From Bacilli bacterium (GTDB taxonomy: Bacteria > Bacillota_I > Bacilli_A > RF39 > UBA660): a DNA stretch of 64,000 nt. A program made the position numbers and the translations under genes. This document shows, in pieces, positions 39,518 to 50,529 of this stretch. The notes under the pieces were generated by a model. The model saw only the letters and a program-made list of their open reading frames with translations. It searched no databases and was not told the origin of the DNA. Every line of letters begins with the position of its first letter. Position 1 is the first letter of the stretch. Location of the stretch: positions 71,049-135,048 of the forward strand of contig JAUVZX010000002.1 of NCBI GenBank assembly GCA_030602345.1, read 5' to 3'.

Positions 39518-39871
39518 TTACTTTTTTTTGTTTAATAAAAATAATGCTGTTCCAACAATTGCAAAATTAGCAAATGAAACATATATAGAACGACTATTTT
39601 GATATTCTCTATCTTTAGCCCAAATTTCACTCATTGAATATTCTTGAAGACATCTTTCATCTTTTTCTTCTTCTGTTAATTCAGTTTCTTTATCAAAGAA
39701 ATAGTTTTTACAGTTTTGCGCGCGATATTCTTCAAAAGTTAGTGTTGGTTCTTTTACGAGCGTTGTTATGATATTTGTTGATATAGCAAACATTGAACCG
39801 ACCAACCACACAATTAAAACCAAATTAGTAATTCTATGGATTAAGTCTTTGTCTTTAGAAAATAATTCCAT
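39518..39871 (-). CDS. Two-TM membrane protein with a Cys pair in the loop (paralog B)
   Basis: N-terminus similar to the upstream ORF. Confidence 0.7.
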   Translation of the reverse strand: MELFSKDKDLIHRITNLVLIVWLVGSMFAISTNIITTLVKEPTLTFEEYRAQNCKNYFFDKETELTEEEKDERCLQEYSMSEIWAKDREYQNSRSIYVSFANFAIVGTALFLLNKKK

Positions 39872-40194
39872 TATTTTTCCTCCTTTTTAAAGTTTAATAC
39901 AAATAATGTACCACCGATTATGATACCCATACTAATAGTTATTAATAAATCTCTATTAGTATATGAAAAGTTCTTTTTAGTAGAAGCTGTATAATCGGCA
40001 TAAAAAGTATCGCATTCAGTTTCTTCTGCATCTTTACAATTTAGAATAGCGAATTCTTCTCTAGTTTGAACTCTTCCCGGCATAGTAAGGCTAATTACAT
40101 TTGAAGCAATTAATACGTTTGCTAAAACAAACCACAATACTAAAACCATATTAGTTATTCGTAAAATAAGATCTTTCTCTTTTGAAAATAACAT
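39871..40194 (-). CDS. Two-TM membrane protein with a Cys pair in the loop (paralog A)
   Basis: SD AGGAGA; translationally coupled to paralog B. Confidence 0.7.
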   Translation of the reverse strand: MLFSKEKDLILRITNMVLVLWFVLANVLIASNVISLTMPGRVQTREEFAILNCKDAEETECDTFYADYTASTKKNFSYTNRDLLITISMGIIIGGTLFVLNFKKEEK

Positions 40195-40276
40195 TTAATC
40201 TCCTCCTAGTATAAGTATATCATATTTTACAAATGCTACAATATATGTTAATATATTTATTAAATAGGAGGCTATC

Positions 40277-40909
40277 ATGGAATTGAAAAAAGTAATCTTA
40301 AAAAGAATTGAAGCCGAAGAAAAATTACACTTATTAAATAAAGACGCAATGGTTAATCCGAAAGAAATTACCTTGGCAAGAGGTAGGTTAATTAGATGGC
40401 TCGGGTATGAATATAAACTTACCAAAGATGTTAAATCAAAAGAAGTCATAAAATCTAAAATAAATATGGAAATTTCTTCTCATAAAGAACACTTAGAATT
40501 AGATATAAACAGAAATAAGAGGCTTCCTCAATCGGTTTTGACTCAAGTGAATAAGGAGTTTGATTTAAGAACAAAAACCATTTTAAACGAGTTTAAAAAG
40601 GTAAAAAATAGTTCTAAAACGATTGATCAAACTATGGGTGTCTTCGACGGAGTAGGAAACATAATGTTACTCCCTGTCACTCTATTAAAGGTTCCAATCG
40701 TAGTAACTTTAACAGCGTTAGGAAAAGTTATGCCTTTTGCAACAACAGTATTAGTTCAACCAATTCATTTGGTTGGTTTGATTTATTCTAAAACGATATC
40801 TTTTAAAACGCCTTATAATAAGATGCCAATTAATGAGTTTGGAGATAAGGTAGGAAATATTATAAAGGCTGGTTTAGATAAAACAAGCGAGGTAATAAGA
40901 AAAATATAA
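40277..40909 (+). CDS. Hypothetical protein
   Basis: SD AGGAGG; 210 aa with a hydrophobic C-terminal segment. Confidence 0.65.
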   Translation: MELKKVILKRIEAEEKLHLLNKDAMVNPKEITLARGRLIRWLGYEYKLTKDVKSKEVIKSKINMEISSHKEHLELDINRNKRLPQSVLTQVNKEFDLRTKTILNEFKKVKNSSKTIDQTMGVFDGVGNIMLLPVTLLKVPIVVTLTALGKVMPFATTVLVQPIHLVGLIYSKTISFKTPYNKMPINEFGDKVGNIIKAGLDKTSEVIRKI

Positions 40910-41187
40910 TGGAAGAAATGAGTATAAAAATTTTAAATTCTTCTAATGAAGAAGTAACTTTAGATATACTATATTCTTTTGTTGACCGAAAAAGTAATAA
41001 GAGTTATATAATTTATACAGATTATACATTAGACAAAGATAGTAATTTTAATTTATTTGCATCTGAAATTATTAATGAAAATGGTAAGTATACATTGTTA
41101 GATATAATAGATAAAAAAGTAAAAGATGAGTTAAAAAATATTTTAAAAGATCTATCAAAACAATTAAGTTTAGAAGAATATTTATAG
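40909..41187 (+). CDS. DUF1292-like small acidic protein
   Basis: DILYSF...NKSYIIYTD...FAS pattern. Confidence 0.6.
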   Translation: MEEMSIKILNSSNEEVTLDILYSFVDRKSNKSYIIYTDYTLDKDSNFNLFASEIINENGKYTLLDIIDKKVKDELKNILKDLSKQLSLEEYL

Positions 41188-41225
41188 AAATCTTATCTTA
41201 GATAAGATTTTTTGAGGAGTTAAAT

Positions 41226-42218
41226 ATGAAAAAAAATATGATAACGGGAGTTCAACCAACGGGAAGATTGACGTTGGCAAATTATATAGGAGCTTTGAAA
41301 AACTTTGTTGCTATGCAAGAAGAATATAATTCCTATGTTTTTGTCGCGGACTTACATGGATTAACGACATATCAAGAACCAAAGGAATTTAATGAAAGAG
41401 TATTAGAGTTAGCAGCACTATTTTTAGCGTGTGGGATTGATCCTAAAAAAACTACCTTTTTTATTCAAAGTGAAGTTGATGAACATAGTGTGTTAGGTTA
41501 TTTAATTGCTTTTCAATCACGTGTTGGTGAACTTGCAAGAATGACACAATATAAATCTAAAAAAGAAAGTAATTTTAATGGGGGCGTTGATTTAGGATTA
41601 TTCATTTATCCTACACTTATGGCAGCAGACATTTTATTATATGATGCTCATATTGTTCCTGTTGGAGCAGATCAAAAGCAGCATATTGAAATAACTAGAG
41701 ATTTGGCAGAGAGATTTAATAAAAAATACTCAGATATATTTGTTTTACCAGATCATAGCATTCCTAAAATAGGAGCTAGAATAATGAATTTACAAAATCC
41801 AGAAGAAAAAATGAGTAAATCAGCTCCAGAAAATGACAAGGGAACACTTTTTCTTTTAGATGATTTAGATTCTATCAGAAAAAAAATAATGTCTGCTAAA
41901 ACAGATTCAGACAATATAATAAAATATGATGTTGATAATAAACCAGGAATATCGAATTTGATGACCATTATGTCTGTTTTATCAGGAATGACGTTTAAAG
42001 AAATAGAAGATAAATATAAAGATGCAAATTATGGAACATTTAAAAAAGAAGTTGCAGATGTGGTAGTTTTAAAAATATCAGAGATTCAAGATAAGTATAA
42101 TGAAGTGCGTCAAAGTGGAGAACTTAAAAATATTTTAAAAGAAGGTGCAGAAAAAGCCAGAAAAGTAGCAAAAGCCAAATTAGAAAAAATAAAAGAAGTT
42201 CACGGAATAAGTTATTAA
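41226..42218 (+). CDS. trpS: Tryptophan--tRNA ligase
   Basis: GVQPTG.LTLANYIGA, YPTLMAADIL, VPVGADQKQH and KMSKS motifs. Confidence 0.97.
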   Translation: MKKNMITGVQPTGRLTLANYIGALKNFVAMQEEYNSYVFVADLHGLTTYQEPKEFNERVLELAALFLACGIDPKKTTFFIQSEVDEHSVLGYLIAFQSRVGELARMTQYKSKKESNFNGGVDLGLFIYPTLMAADILLYDAHIVPVGADQKQHIEITRDLAERFNKKYSDIFVLPDHSIPKIGARIMNLQNPEEKMSKSAPENDKGTLFLLDDLDSIRKKIMSAKTDSDNIIKYDVDNKPGISNLMTIMSVLSGMTFKEIEDKYKDANYGTFKKEVADVVVLKISEIQDKYNEVRQSGELKNILKEGAEKARKVAKAKLEKIKEVHGISY

Positions 42219-42264
42219 GAATTGACAATAACTTAGTAAAAATAATATAATTAATTTGTTAAAC

Positions 42265-42438
42265 GAAGATCAAGAGGAGTAAATTTGATTTCTATAAAGA
42301 GAGGAAAACATAGGTGTGAGTTTTCTTAGAAAAATAATTGAAGGTTGCTTGGGAGTTATTCGCATATATGCGTTAAATATAAGAGAAAAAATTAAGGTGG
42401 TACCACGTAATCACGTCCTTATTGGATGTGATTTTTTA
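42265..42438 (+). promoter_or_regulatory. T-box riboswitch (Val specifier GTT) upstream of valS
   Basis: Stem I CAAGAGGAGTA...AGAGAG...GTGTGAG...GAAG-GTT-GCTTG; T-box AAGGTGGTACCACG at 42394-42407; terminator AATCACGTCC-TTATT-GGATGTGATTTTTT. Confidence 0.9.
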
Positions 42439-42453
42439 TTGGAAGGAGAAATT

Positions 42454-44862
42454 ATGTTAGAGAATAAGTATAATCATTTGATTAATGAAGAAAAATGGAT
42501 GAAAAAATGGAAAGAGGAAAATACATATCAATTTAAAGTTGATGGCAGAAAAATATTTTCAATAGATACTCCTCCTCCAACTGTAAACGGTAAAATACAT
42601 ATTGGTCATATCTTTTCGTATTCACAAACAGAAATGGTTGCCAGATATAAAAGATTAAGAGATTTTAATGTCTTTTATCCTTTTGGTTTTGATGATAACG
42701 GTTTACCTAGTGAAAGATTAGTAGAAAAAGAAGTTGGTAAAAAGGCTAGCGAAATAGGACGTGAAGAGTTCAATAAACTTTGTATAGAAACCACAAATCG
42801 CTATGAAGAAGAGTTCAAATTGCTATTTAGCAAAATGGGAGTAAGTACAGATTGGGATTTAGCATATAAAACAGTTAGTCCAGAAACTATTAAAATTAGT
42901 CAATCATCTTTCTTGGATTTGGTAAGCAAGAATCACGCTTATCATAAAGAAAGCCCTGCTCTTTGGTGTAATGAGTGTTTAACTTCAATTGCACAAGCAG
43001 AACTAGAAACAAAAAGAGTCGAAACGACTTTCAACTATATTAATTTTGATGCAGATGGAGAAAAATTTACGATTGCTACCACTAGACCAGAATTATTACC
43101 AGCGATAGTAGCGGTATTTATTAATCCGGATGATTCAAAAAATAAACATTTAATAGGAAAAGAAGCCAATATTCCTTTAATCAACATTAAAGTTCCAATA
43201 ATGGGTGATGATAAAGTTGATCCAGAAAAAGGAACAGGAATAGTAATGTGTTGTACTTTTGGCGATCAAACAGATATTGAATGGTGGAAAAAATATAATT
43301 TGCCACTAAAAAATATATTTTCTAATGAAGGTTTTTTAAATTCAAATGCCGGAGCATATGAAGGACTTAGAATCAAACAAGCAAGAAAAAAAATTGTGGA
43401 AGATTTACAAGAATTAGAATGTATAGTTAAGATAGAGCCGCTAGAGCATGATGTTCAAGTTCATGAAAGATGTGGCAAAGAAATAGAATATACAATTATA
43501 AAGCAATGGTTCATTGATTTAATAAATTATAAAGAAGACTTTTTGAAAAAAGGTGAAGAAATAAACTGGTACCCAGAACATATGTCTAAAAGATATAAAG
43601 AATGGGTTGAAAATGTCATGTGGGATTGGTGTATATCAAGACAAAGATATTTTGGTGTTCCTTTCCCGGTTTGGTATTGCCAAGAATGCGGTAAACCACA
43701 TTTTGCAAGAATAGAAGATTTACCTGTAAATCCTCTTGTAGATAAACCAAGTAGTGTATGTAGCTGTGGTTCAAGTAATTTTATTCCGGAAAAAGACGTC
43801 ATGGATACTTGGGCAACATCATCGGTAACTCCATTGATAAATATGCGATATGGGTCAGAAAATAATTATGAAAAAGAATTAAGACCTATGAGTTTAAGAA
43901 GTAATGCTTCAGAAATAATTAGAACTTGGGACTTTTATACAATTGTAAAAAGCTTTTATCACTTTAATGAAATTCCTTGGGAAAATGTTATGATATCTGG
44001 CTTTGTAATGGCCGATAAGGGTGAGAAAATATCTAAGTCTAAAGAAAATAGTAAACAAGAGCCATTTGAATTAATTAATAATTATTCTGCAGACGTCATA
44101 AGATATTGGGCTGCAAGTGGAAGACTAGGAACAGACATAGTTTTCTCTGAAGAAACATTACTCAGAGGGAAGAAACTATTAAATAAACTATGGAATGTTT
44201 CCAAATTTATCGAAATGCACCTTCAAGACTATGATAAAGAAACTAAGTTAGATAACTTAGAGTACTTTGATAAATGGATACTGGCTAAATATTCAGAAAT
44301 GGAAAAGCAATATATTAATTATATGGATGAATATGAAGTTGGTCTCGCACTAAATATTTTAGAAAAATTCTTTTGGAATTTTTGTGATAACTATATAGAA
44401 ATAGTAAAACATAGACTATATCGTCCAGAAGAATTTGGAGCTGAAAAACGCTTATCAGGACAATATACAGTTTATACAATTTTATTTAAATTATTGCAAA
44501 AGATGTCTATATTTTTTCCTTTTATGACGGAAGAAATATTTAGAGAACTATATGAAGATACATCTATTCATAATACTGTTATTGAAGAACTAATTGTTAA
44601 TAAAGATGAATTAGAAACAGGAGATTATTTAAATGAAATAATTGGTCATGTTCGCGGGGAAAAAAGCAGCAATAATACATCTTTAAAAACATCTGTTTCA
44701 TATATAGAGATAGAAGCTAATAAAAATATTATTAATGCTTTTAACGAAGCAATAATGGATTTAAAAGCAACTTTATTTATAAATGAGTTATCATTAATAG
44801 AAAAAGAGTCAATTAATTATAATATAAACAAAATAGAATTGGAGTTTGACAAAGATAAATAA
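42454..44862 (+). CDS. valS: Valine--tRNA ligase (short, archaeal-like type)
   Basis: FSIDTPPPTV.G..HIGH, TTRPEL, GTG.VMCCTFGD, DWCISRQR and KISKS motifs; Val T-box; start ATG 42454 after SD GAAGGAG. Confidence 0.93.
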   Translation: MLENKYNHLINEEKWMKKWKEENTYQFKVDGRKIFSIDTPPPTVNGKIHIGHIFSYSQTEMVARYKRLRDFNVFYPFGFDDNGLPSERLVEKEVGKKASEIGREEFNKLCIETTNRYEEEFKLLFSKMGVSTDWDLAYKTVSPETIKISQSSFLDLVSKNHAYHKESPALWCNECLTSIAQAELETKRVETTFNYINFDADGEKFTIATTRPELLPAIVAVFINPDDSKNKHLIGKEANIPLINIKVPIMGDDKVDPEKGTGIVMCCTFGDQTDIEWWKKYNLPLKNIFSNEGFLNSNAGAYEGLRIKQARKKIVEDLQELECIVKIEPLEHDVQVHERCGKEIEYTIIKQWFIDLINYKEDFLKKGEEINWYPEHMSKRYKEWVENVMWDWCISRQRYFGVPFPVWYCQECGKPHFARIEDLPVNPLVDKPSSVCSCGSSNFIPEKDVMDTWATSSVTPLINMRYGSENNYEKELRPMSLRSNASEIIRTWDFYTIVKSFYHFNEIPWENVMISGFVMADKGEKISKSKENSKQEPFELINNYSADVIRYWAASGRLGTDIVFSEETLLRGKKLLNKLWNVSKFIEMHLQDYDKETKLDNLEYFDKWILAKYSEMEKQYINYMDEYEVGLALNILEKFFWNFCDNYIEIVKHRLYRPEEFGAEKRLSGQYTVYTILFKLLQKMSIFFPFMTEEIFRELYEDTSIHNTVIEELIVNKDELETGDYLNEIIGHVRGEKSSNNTSLKTSVSYIEIEANKNIINAFNEAIMDLKATLFINELSLIEKESINYNINKIELEFDKDK

Positions 44863-44890
44863 TATGTTAATATATTTAACGAACTTATAA

Positions 44891-46108
<1,218 letters not shown>

Positions 46109-46109
46109 T

Positions 46110-47147
46110 ATGACAACAAATGATTTTGACTTTGAATTAGATGAGAGTTTAATTGCACAAACACCTCCTTTAAAAAGAAGTGATTCTAGATTAATGATTG
46201 TTAATAAAAATGAAAAAGATATATATCATCATAATTTTAACGATATATATGATTATTTAAAAAAAGGTGATGTTTTAGTTTTAAACAACACAAAAGTTAT
46301 TCCAGCACGATTGTATGGAATTAAAAAAGATACAAATGCCCATGTCGAAATTTTAATTTTAAAAATAGGAACTAATGATAATGTAGAATGTTTAGTAGGA
46401 AATGCTAAGAAAGTTAAAGAAGGAACCGAGATTATAATAGGCGATGGCTTAATTAAAGCTGTATGCCTAGAAATAAAAGAAGAAGGAATAAGAGTATTTA
46501 AATTTATCTATGATGGCATTTTATTAGAAGTATTAGAAAAAATAGGTACGATGCCCCTTCCTCCTTATATAAAGGAAAAATTATTGGATAATAATCGCTA
46601 TCAAACTGTATATGCAAAATATAACGGTAGTGCAGCTGCCCCAACAGCAGGACTTCATTTTACCGAAGAACTAATAGATAGATTAAAAGAAAAAGGCGTA
46701 ATTTTTGCAGAAGTGACTCTTCATGTTGGACTGGGTACATTTAAACCAGTATCAATTGATGACTTTTCAAAACACAAAATGCATGAAGAAGAGTATGAAA
46801 TGAGTAATGAAACGGCGACCATTTTAAATCTTGCCAAAAAAGAGAACAGAAGAATTATTGCAGTTGGAACAACGAGTTTAAGAACTCTAGAAACAATATA
46901 TAGTCAACATAACGAATTTAAAGAACAAAGTGGAGTAACTAGTATTTTCATATATCCAGGTTATGAAATAAAATCAATTGATGGTTTAGTAACTAACTTT
47001 CATTTACCTAAATCAACATTAATTATGTTAGTTAGTGCTTTGGCAGGTATTGAGACAATTAAAAACGCTTATTCAATCGCAATTAAAGAAAGATATAGAT
47101 TCTTTTCATTCGGCGACAGTATGTTTATAACTCACCTTGACAATTAA
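46110..47147 (+). CDS. queA: S-adenosylmethionine:tRNA ribosyltransferase-isomerase
   Basis: [31 protein letters not shown] and YRFFSFGD motifs. Confidence 0.97.
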   Translation: MTTNDFDFELDESLIAQTPPLKRSDSRLMIVNKNEKDIYHHNFNDIYDYLKKGDVLVLNNTKVIPARLYGIKKDTNAHVEILILKIGTNDNVECLVGNAKKVKEGTEIIIGDGLIKAVCLEIKEEGIRVFKFIYDGILLEVLEKIGTMPLPPYIKEKLLDNNRYQTVYAKYNGSAAAPTAGLHFTEELIDRLKEKGVIFAEVTLHVGLGTFKPVSIDDFSKHKMHEEEYEMSNETATILNLAKKENRRIIAVGTTSLRTLETIYSQHNEFKEQSGVTSIFIYPGYEIKSIDGLVTNFHLPKSTLIMLVSALAGIETIKNAYSIAIKERYRFFSFGDSMFITHLDN

Positions 47148-47185
47148 ATAAAAACAATTATAATAATTAGTGCTTAGGAGGACAT

Positions 47186-47887
47186 ATGAACGGACAAGAA
47201 ACTTTAGGATTGTTTATTGAAGAAGTAAATAAATTTGCTAAAATAAATGATCATCACATCGAAAAAAGACAAAAAGTAGTAGGAATGATGAAATATACTT
47301 ATCTTGCTAAAATGGATGAAAAAGAAATTACATTTTTCCCCAAAATATCGCAAGCAGGAATATCTCGTGCAGTACATTTTATTGAAGAAGAAATAAAGAA
47401 AAACGAAATTAAAATATTTAAGGCTTATAAAGATAAAGTAGATTATTTATTTCTTATGGATGCCTATAATGATAATTATAATTTAAGAACGGTATATGAG
47501 TTTTTGTTGAAAATTGATAATAAAAAAATTAATCAAAAAATCTCTATTTTTAATGAAGAATTAAATGAATTGAATATTATAAGAGATGAAGACCAAAAAG
47601 AGGTTTCGAAAAATATGATTGTTAAAGAAAAACAAGAACAAATAATTTGTTTGATATCAAATAAATTCAACATAAATATGTGTCAAAACAAAGGTATGCA
47701 AGAAGATATGATTTTTGGAAAAGAAGAAGCTAGATTAAATCAAGCAATTCAAGATGAAAAATTAATAATTAAAAACTTCAAAGAAGAAATAAGCAAAGCT
47801 ATAATGGACTTGCATAATATAATTATCGAATCTCAAAAATACAAAGAGAAATTAAAAAAAGAAGGAAGTTACCTTAGTTTATTTTAA
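47186..47887 (+). CDS. Hypothetical coiled-coil protein
   Basis: TTGACA/TATAAT promoter and SD AGGAGG; no motif recognised. Confidence 0.65.
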   Translation: MNGQETLGLFIEEVNKFAKINDHHIEKRQKVVGMMKYTYLAKMDEKEITFFPKISQAGISRAVHFIEEEIKKNEIKIFKAYKDKVDYLFLMDAYNDNYNLRTVYEFLLKIDNKKINQKISIFNEELNELNIIRDEDQKEVSKNMIVKEKQEQIICLISNKFNINMCQNKGMQEDMIFGKEEARLNQAIQDEKLIIKNFKEEISKAIMDLHNIIIESQKYKEKLKKEGSYLSLF

Positions 47888-47898
47888 AAGAAAAAACC

Positions 47899-48399
47899 CT
47901 ATATTAATATAGGGTTTTTTAATTTACCAAATTCAGAATAATAATTATCTTCTATTTCTTCTTTTAATTCTTCATAAACATCATTTTTTACTAAATGTTT
48001 GTTCTTATCTAATAAGAATAATTTTGCAAGTTTTTCTCTAATCATCAATTCATCTAATTCAAATTCATTTTTTAAATTAAAATCATTAACTAATTTATCT
48101 ACCACTGTATTTTCTAACATGTTTTTAGACAAATTTAAATTTAATTTTCTTATCAGTTGTTCTTCGTCAGATACAATAAAAGATATTTCATCTTTAATAT
48201 ATTTAAGTAAGAATATATATTCTTCTTTTTCGAATAAAGATTTATTAGCTTCCAAGGCTGAAACTTTAGTTTTTAACTCATAGTTTTCATTTTTCGGATC
48301 GAAGAGATTACTATATATAACTCTTTTAACTTCATGAGCCTTATTTGCATCTGCCAACATTTTTAAAATTTCTTGTTTTGAAACTTTTTTTGTTTTCAT
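47899..48399 (-). CDS. Hypothetical protein
   Basis: 166-aa ORF convergent with the previous gene at a shared hairpin (AAAAAACCCTAT..ATAGGGTTTTTT). Confidence 0.6.
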   Translation of the reverse strand: MKTKKVSKQEILKMLADANKAHEVKRVIYSNLFDPKNENYELKTKVSALEANKSLFEKEEYIFLLKYIKDEISFIVSDEEQLIRKLNLNLSKNMLENTVVDKLVNDFNLKNEFELDELMIREKLAKLFLLDKNKHLVKNDVYEELKEEIEDNYYSEFGKLKNPILI

Positions 48400-48653
48400 A
48401 ATATTTTTTTAAAAAATACTCCTTCTAATTTCATAATGAAATTGAGATTATTATAGCATATTTTTATAAAAATGCAAATTAGCATTGTTTAGAAAAATAA
48501 AATACTATATAATAAAATTATAGTTAATTTAAATTGACAATTTTAAAATAACTATTATAATAAATGATATCAAATTGAAAGGGGAGTAAACTTAATTTTA
48601 ATCAAAATTATGAGTTTATCGCCTTTTTTTGTTAAGAAGGCAGGAGGAAAGAA

Positions 48654-50528
48654 ATGGCAAAAAGCAAAGCAAAAAAAGAAGAAAAAGTTTTAAATAAAAC
48701 CTTAATCTTTTTTATAAGGGTATTGAAAGAAGAGGGATTTATAAGCACTTGGTCAGAAGCGGCAAAAATATATTTTGCTATTGAGGGAGAAGAAATAACT
48801 CCTAATAAATTAGCGATGAGAGCAAAATCCGCGTTAGCTTCCGATGGTGTAGAAACTAATTTATTTTTTGAGTATTGTTCATTGAAATCAAAATTAAAGA
48901 AATTGATAGAAGTAACAAAAGAAAAAGAAGAGATAAAAGAAGAAACTGAGGTAGCGGAAACCAAACTAAAAGTTTTAGCAAACGATGCTACTGCTGTAAG
49001 TTTTTCGATAAAATTTGAGGACTTAGAACCAGTTTTTGGTGTTGATTTGGAAAACGATCCAATTGACACTATAAGATATAAAATTAATCAAAAAATCAAT
49101 GATGATAAATTCTTATTAGAATATATTGGACTTGATCCGTACATAAATACTATTGAGTCTCGTAAATTTGGTTCTTGGACTACTGTAGTTAAAGAAAAAG
49201 ACTCTATGGGAATAGAACAAGCAAGATTGATTGCCAATCAAAAGTTTGAAATAGTAATTAAGAAGAAAAAGAATATCGTTGGATATCCTACTAGAGAAGA
49301 CTTTGTTAAATTTTTGGAAGATTTCCTAAAAGAAAGAGGAATAACTCCGTTTGATCTTTTTGAAAACAATTATAAAACTTTTAAGTCTGAAGAACATCCT
49401 GTCTTAAATGAAAATTTAATAATGGTTTCTCCGGGATTAGAATTACATCTTGGTAAACTGGGAAGCTTAGCAGATTTTGAAGATTATTCAACAAAACAAG
49501 CAATGTGGAGAATCAAAAAAGTTACAGAAGAAATAGTTAAGTATCAATTGATGGTTGGGGCAGCTCAATTTACAATGGGTATCGGAAATGACTTCTTTAA
49601 TTCAGATACTGTTGATGACAAAACAACTGCAGGTACTCCGCAAAATAATGATAGTAGATATAAAGAAACTTATTTATGGGGTAAAGTAGGAATGGTTTCT
49701 ATGATTGAAACTTTGAAAATGTTTTTCAACAAGATTGTCTTAAAACATAATCCAGGAAACCATGATGAAAAATCTAGTTTTAGTTTATTTAGTCATATAT
49801 ATGATATATATTCAATGACGGAAGACCCTAAAGTTTCAGTACCATTTACTTTTGAAGATATAAGATTTACAACTATTCAAGAATTTGGGGATAACTTATT
49901 AGTATTCTCGCATGGTAATAGTCCGGGAACCAAAAATTTAAATGATGCTGATTTAGCTAAAGCTGTTAAGTATCAATATCCAGAACAATATAATAAAGCC
50001 AAAAATGTATATGTATTCGCAGGTCATCTTCATACAGATCGCGAGAATAAATATGATAAAGTAACAGTAATTAGAACAGCTTCGTTGTCAGGAATTGAAA
50101 ACTGGCATGCAGCAAATGCTTATATTGGACAACGACAAGGTCATTCAGTTTATCTATTTGACAAAGAAAGAGGATATGTTGGTAAACACGTAATCACTCT
50201 TACTGAAAAAGATAAATTAGCTAAAATTTCTAGTATGCCAAGAAATAATAAAATTGACATCAACAAAGGAATGAAAAAAGCTCTAGATTTAAATGCCGAA
50301 AGTTCTAAGACAATGTTATTGGCTAAAAAAATTAAAGAAATTAACGAGCATTTAAAAGCAACGCATGAAGATTTCAATGATCGTTTAAAAGAAATTTTAG
50401 TTATTTTAGGAATAAAAAATATTACTGAAGAACAAGTTAGAGAAATTATTAATATCATGGGTTATGAAGAAAAAACAAAACCAGCTAGACTAGAACTTAA
50501 ATATATTGAAAAGGCAACAACAAAATAA
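48654..50528 (+). CDS. Calcineurin-like metallophosphoesterase (phage-type) with N- and C-terminal extensions
   Basis: ELHLGK, GNDFFNSD, TTAGTPQ, PGNHD, SHG and AGHLH motifs; SD AGGAGG. Confidence 0.8.
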   Translation: MAKSKAKKEEKVLNKTLIFFIRVLKEEGFISTWSEAAKIYFAIEGEEITPNKLAMRAKSALASDGVETNLFFEYCSLKSKLKKLIEVTKEKEEIKEETEVAETKLKVLANDATAVSFSIKFEDLEPVFGVDLENDPIDTIRYKINQKINDDKFLLEYIGLDPYINTIESRKFGSWTTVVKEKDSMGIEQARLIANQKFEIVIKKKKNIVGYPTREDFVKFLEDFLKERGITPFDLFENNYKTFKSEEHPVLNENLIMVSPGLELHLGKLGSLADFEDYSTKQAMWRIKKVTEEIVKYQLMVGAAQFTMGIGNDFFNSDTVDDKTTAGTPQNNDSRYKETYLWGKVGMVSMIETLKMFFNKIVLKHNPGNHDEKSSFSLFSHIYDIYSMTEDPKVSVPFTFEDIRFTTIQEFGDNLLVFSHGNSPGTKNLNDADLAKAVKYQYPEQYNKAKNVYVFAGHLHTDRENKYDKVTVIRTASLSGIENWHAANAYIGQRQGHSVYLFDKERGYVGKHVITLTEKDKLAKISSMPRNNKIDINKGMKKALDLNAESSKTMLLAKKIKEINEHLKATHEDFNDRLKEILVILGIKNITEEQVREIINIMGYEEKTKPARLELKYIEKATTK

Positions 50529-50529
50529 T

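Noticed and set aside
42316-42453. N-terminal extension of valS from the ORF track
   Set aside because: This region is the T-box leader; the real start is ATG 42454 with an SD.
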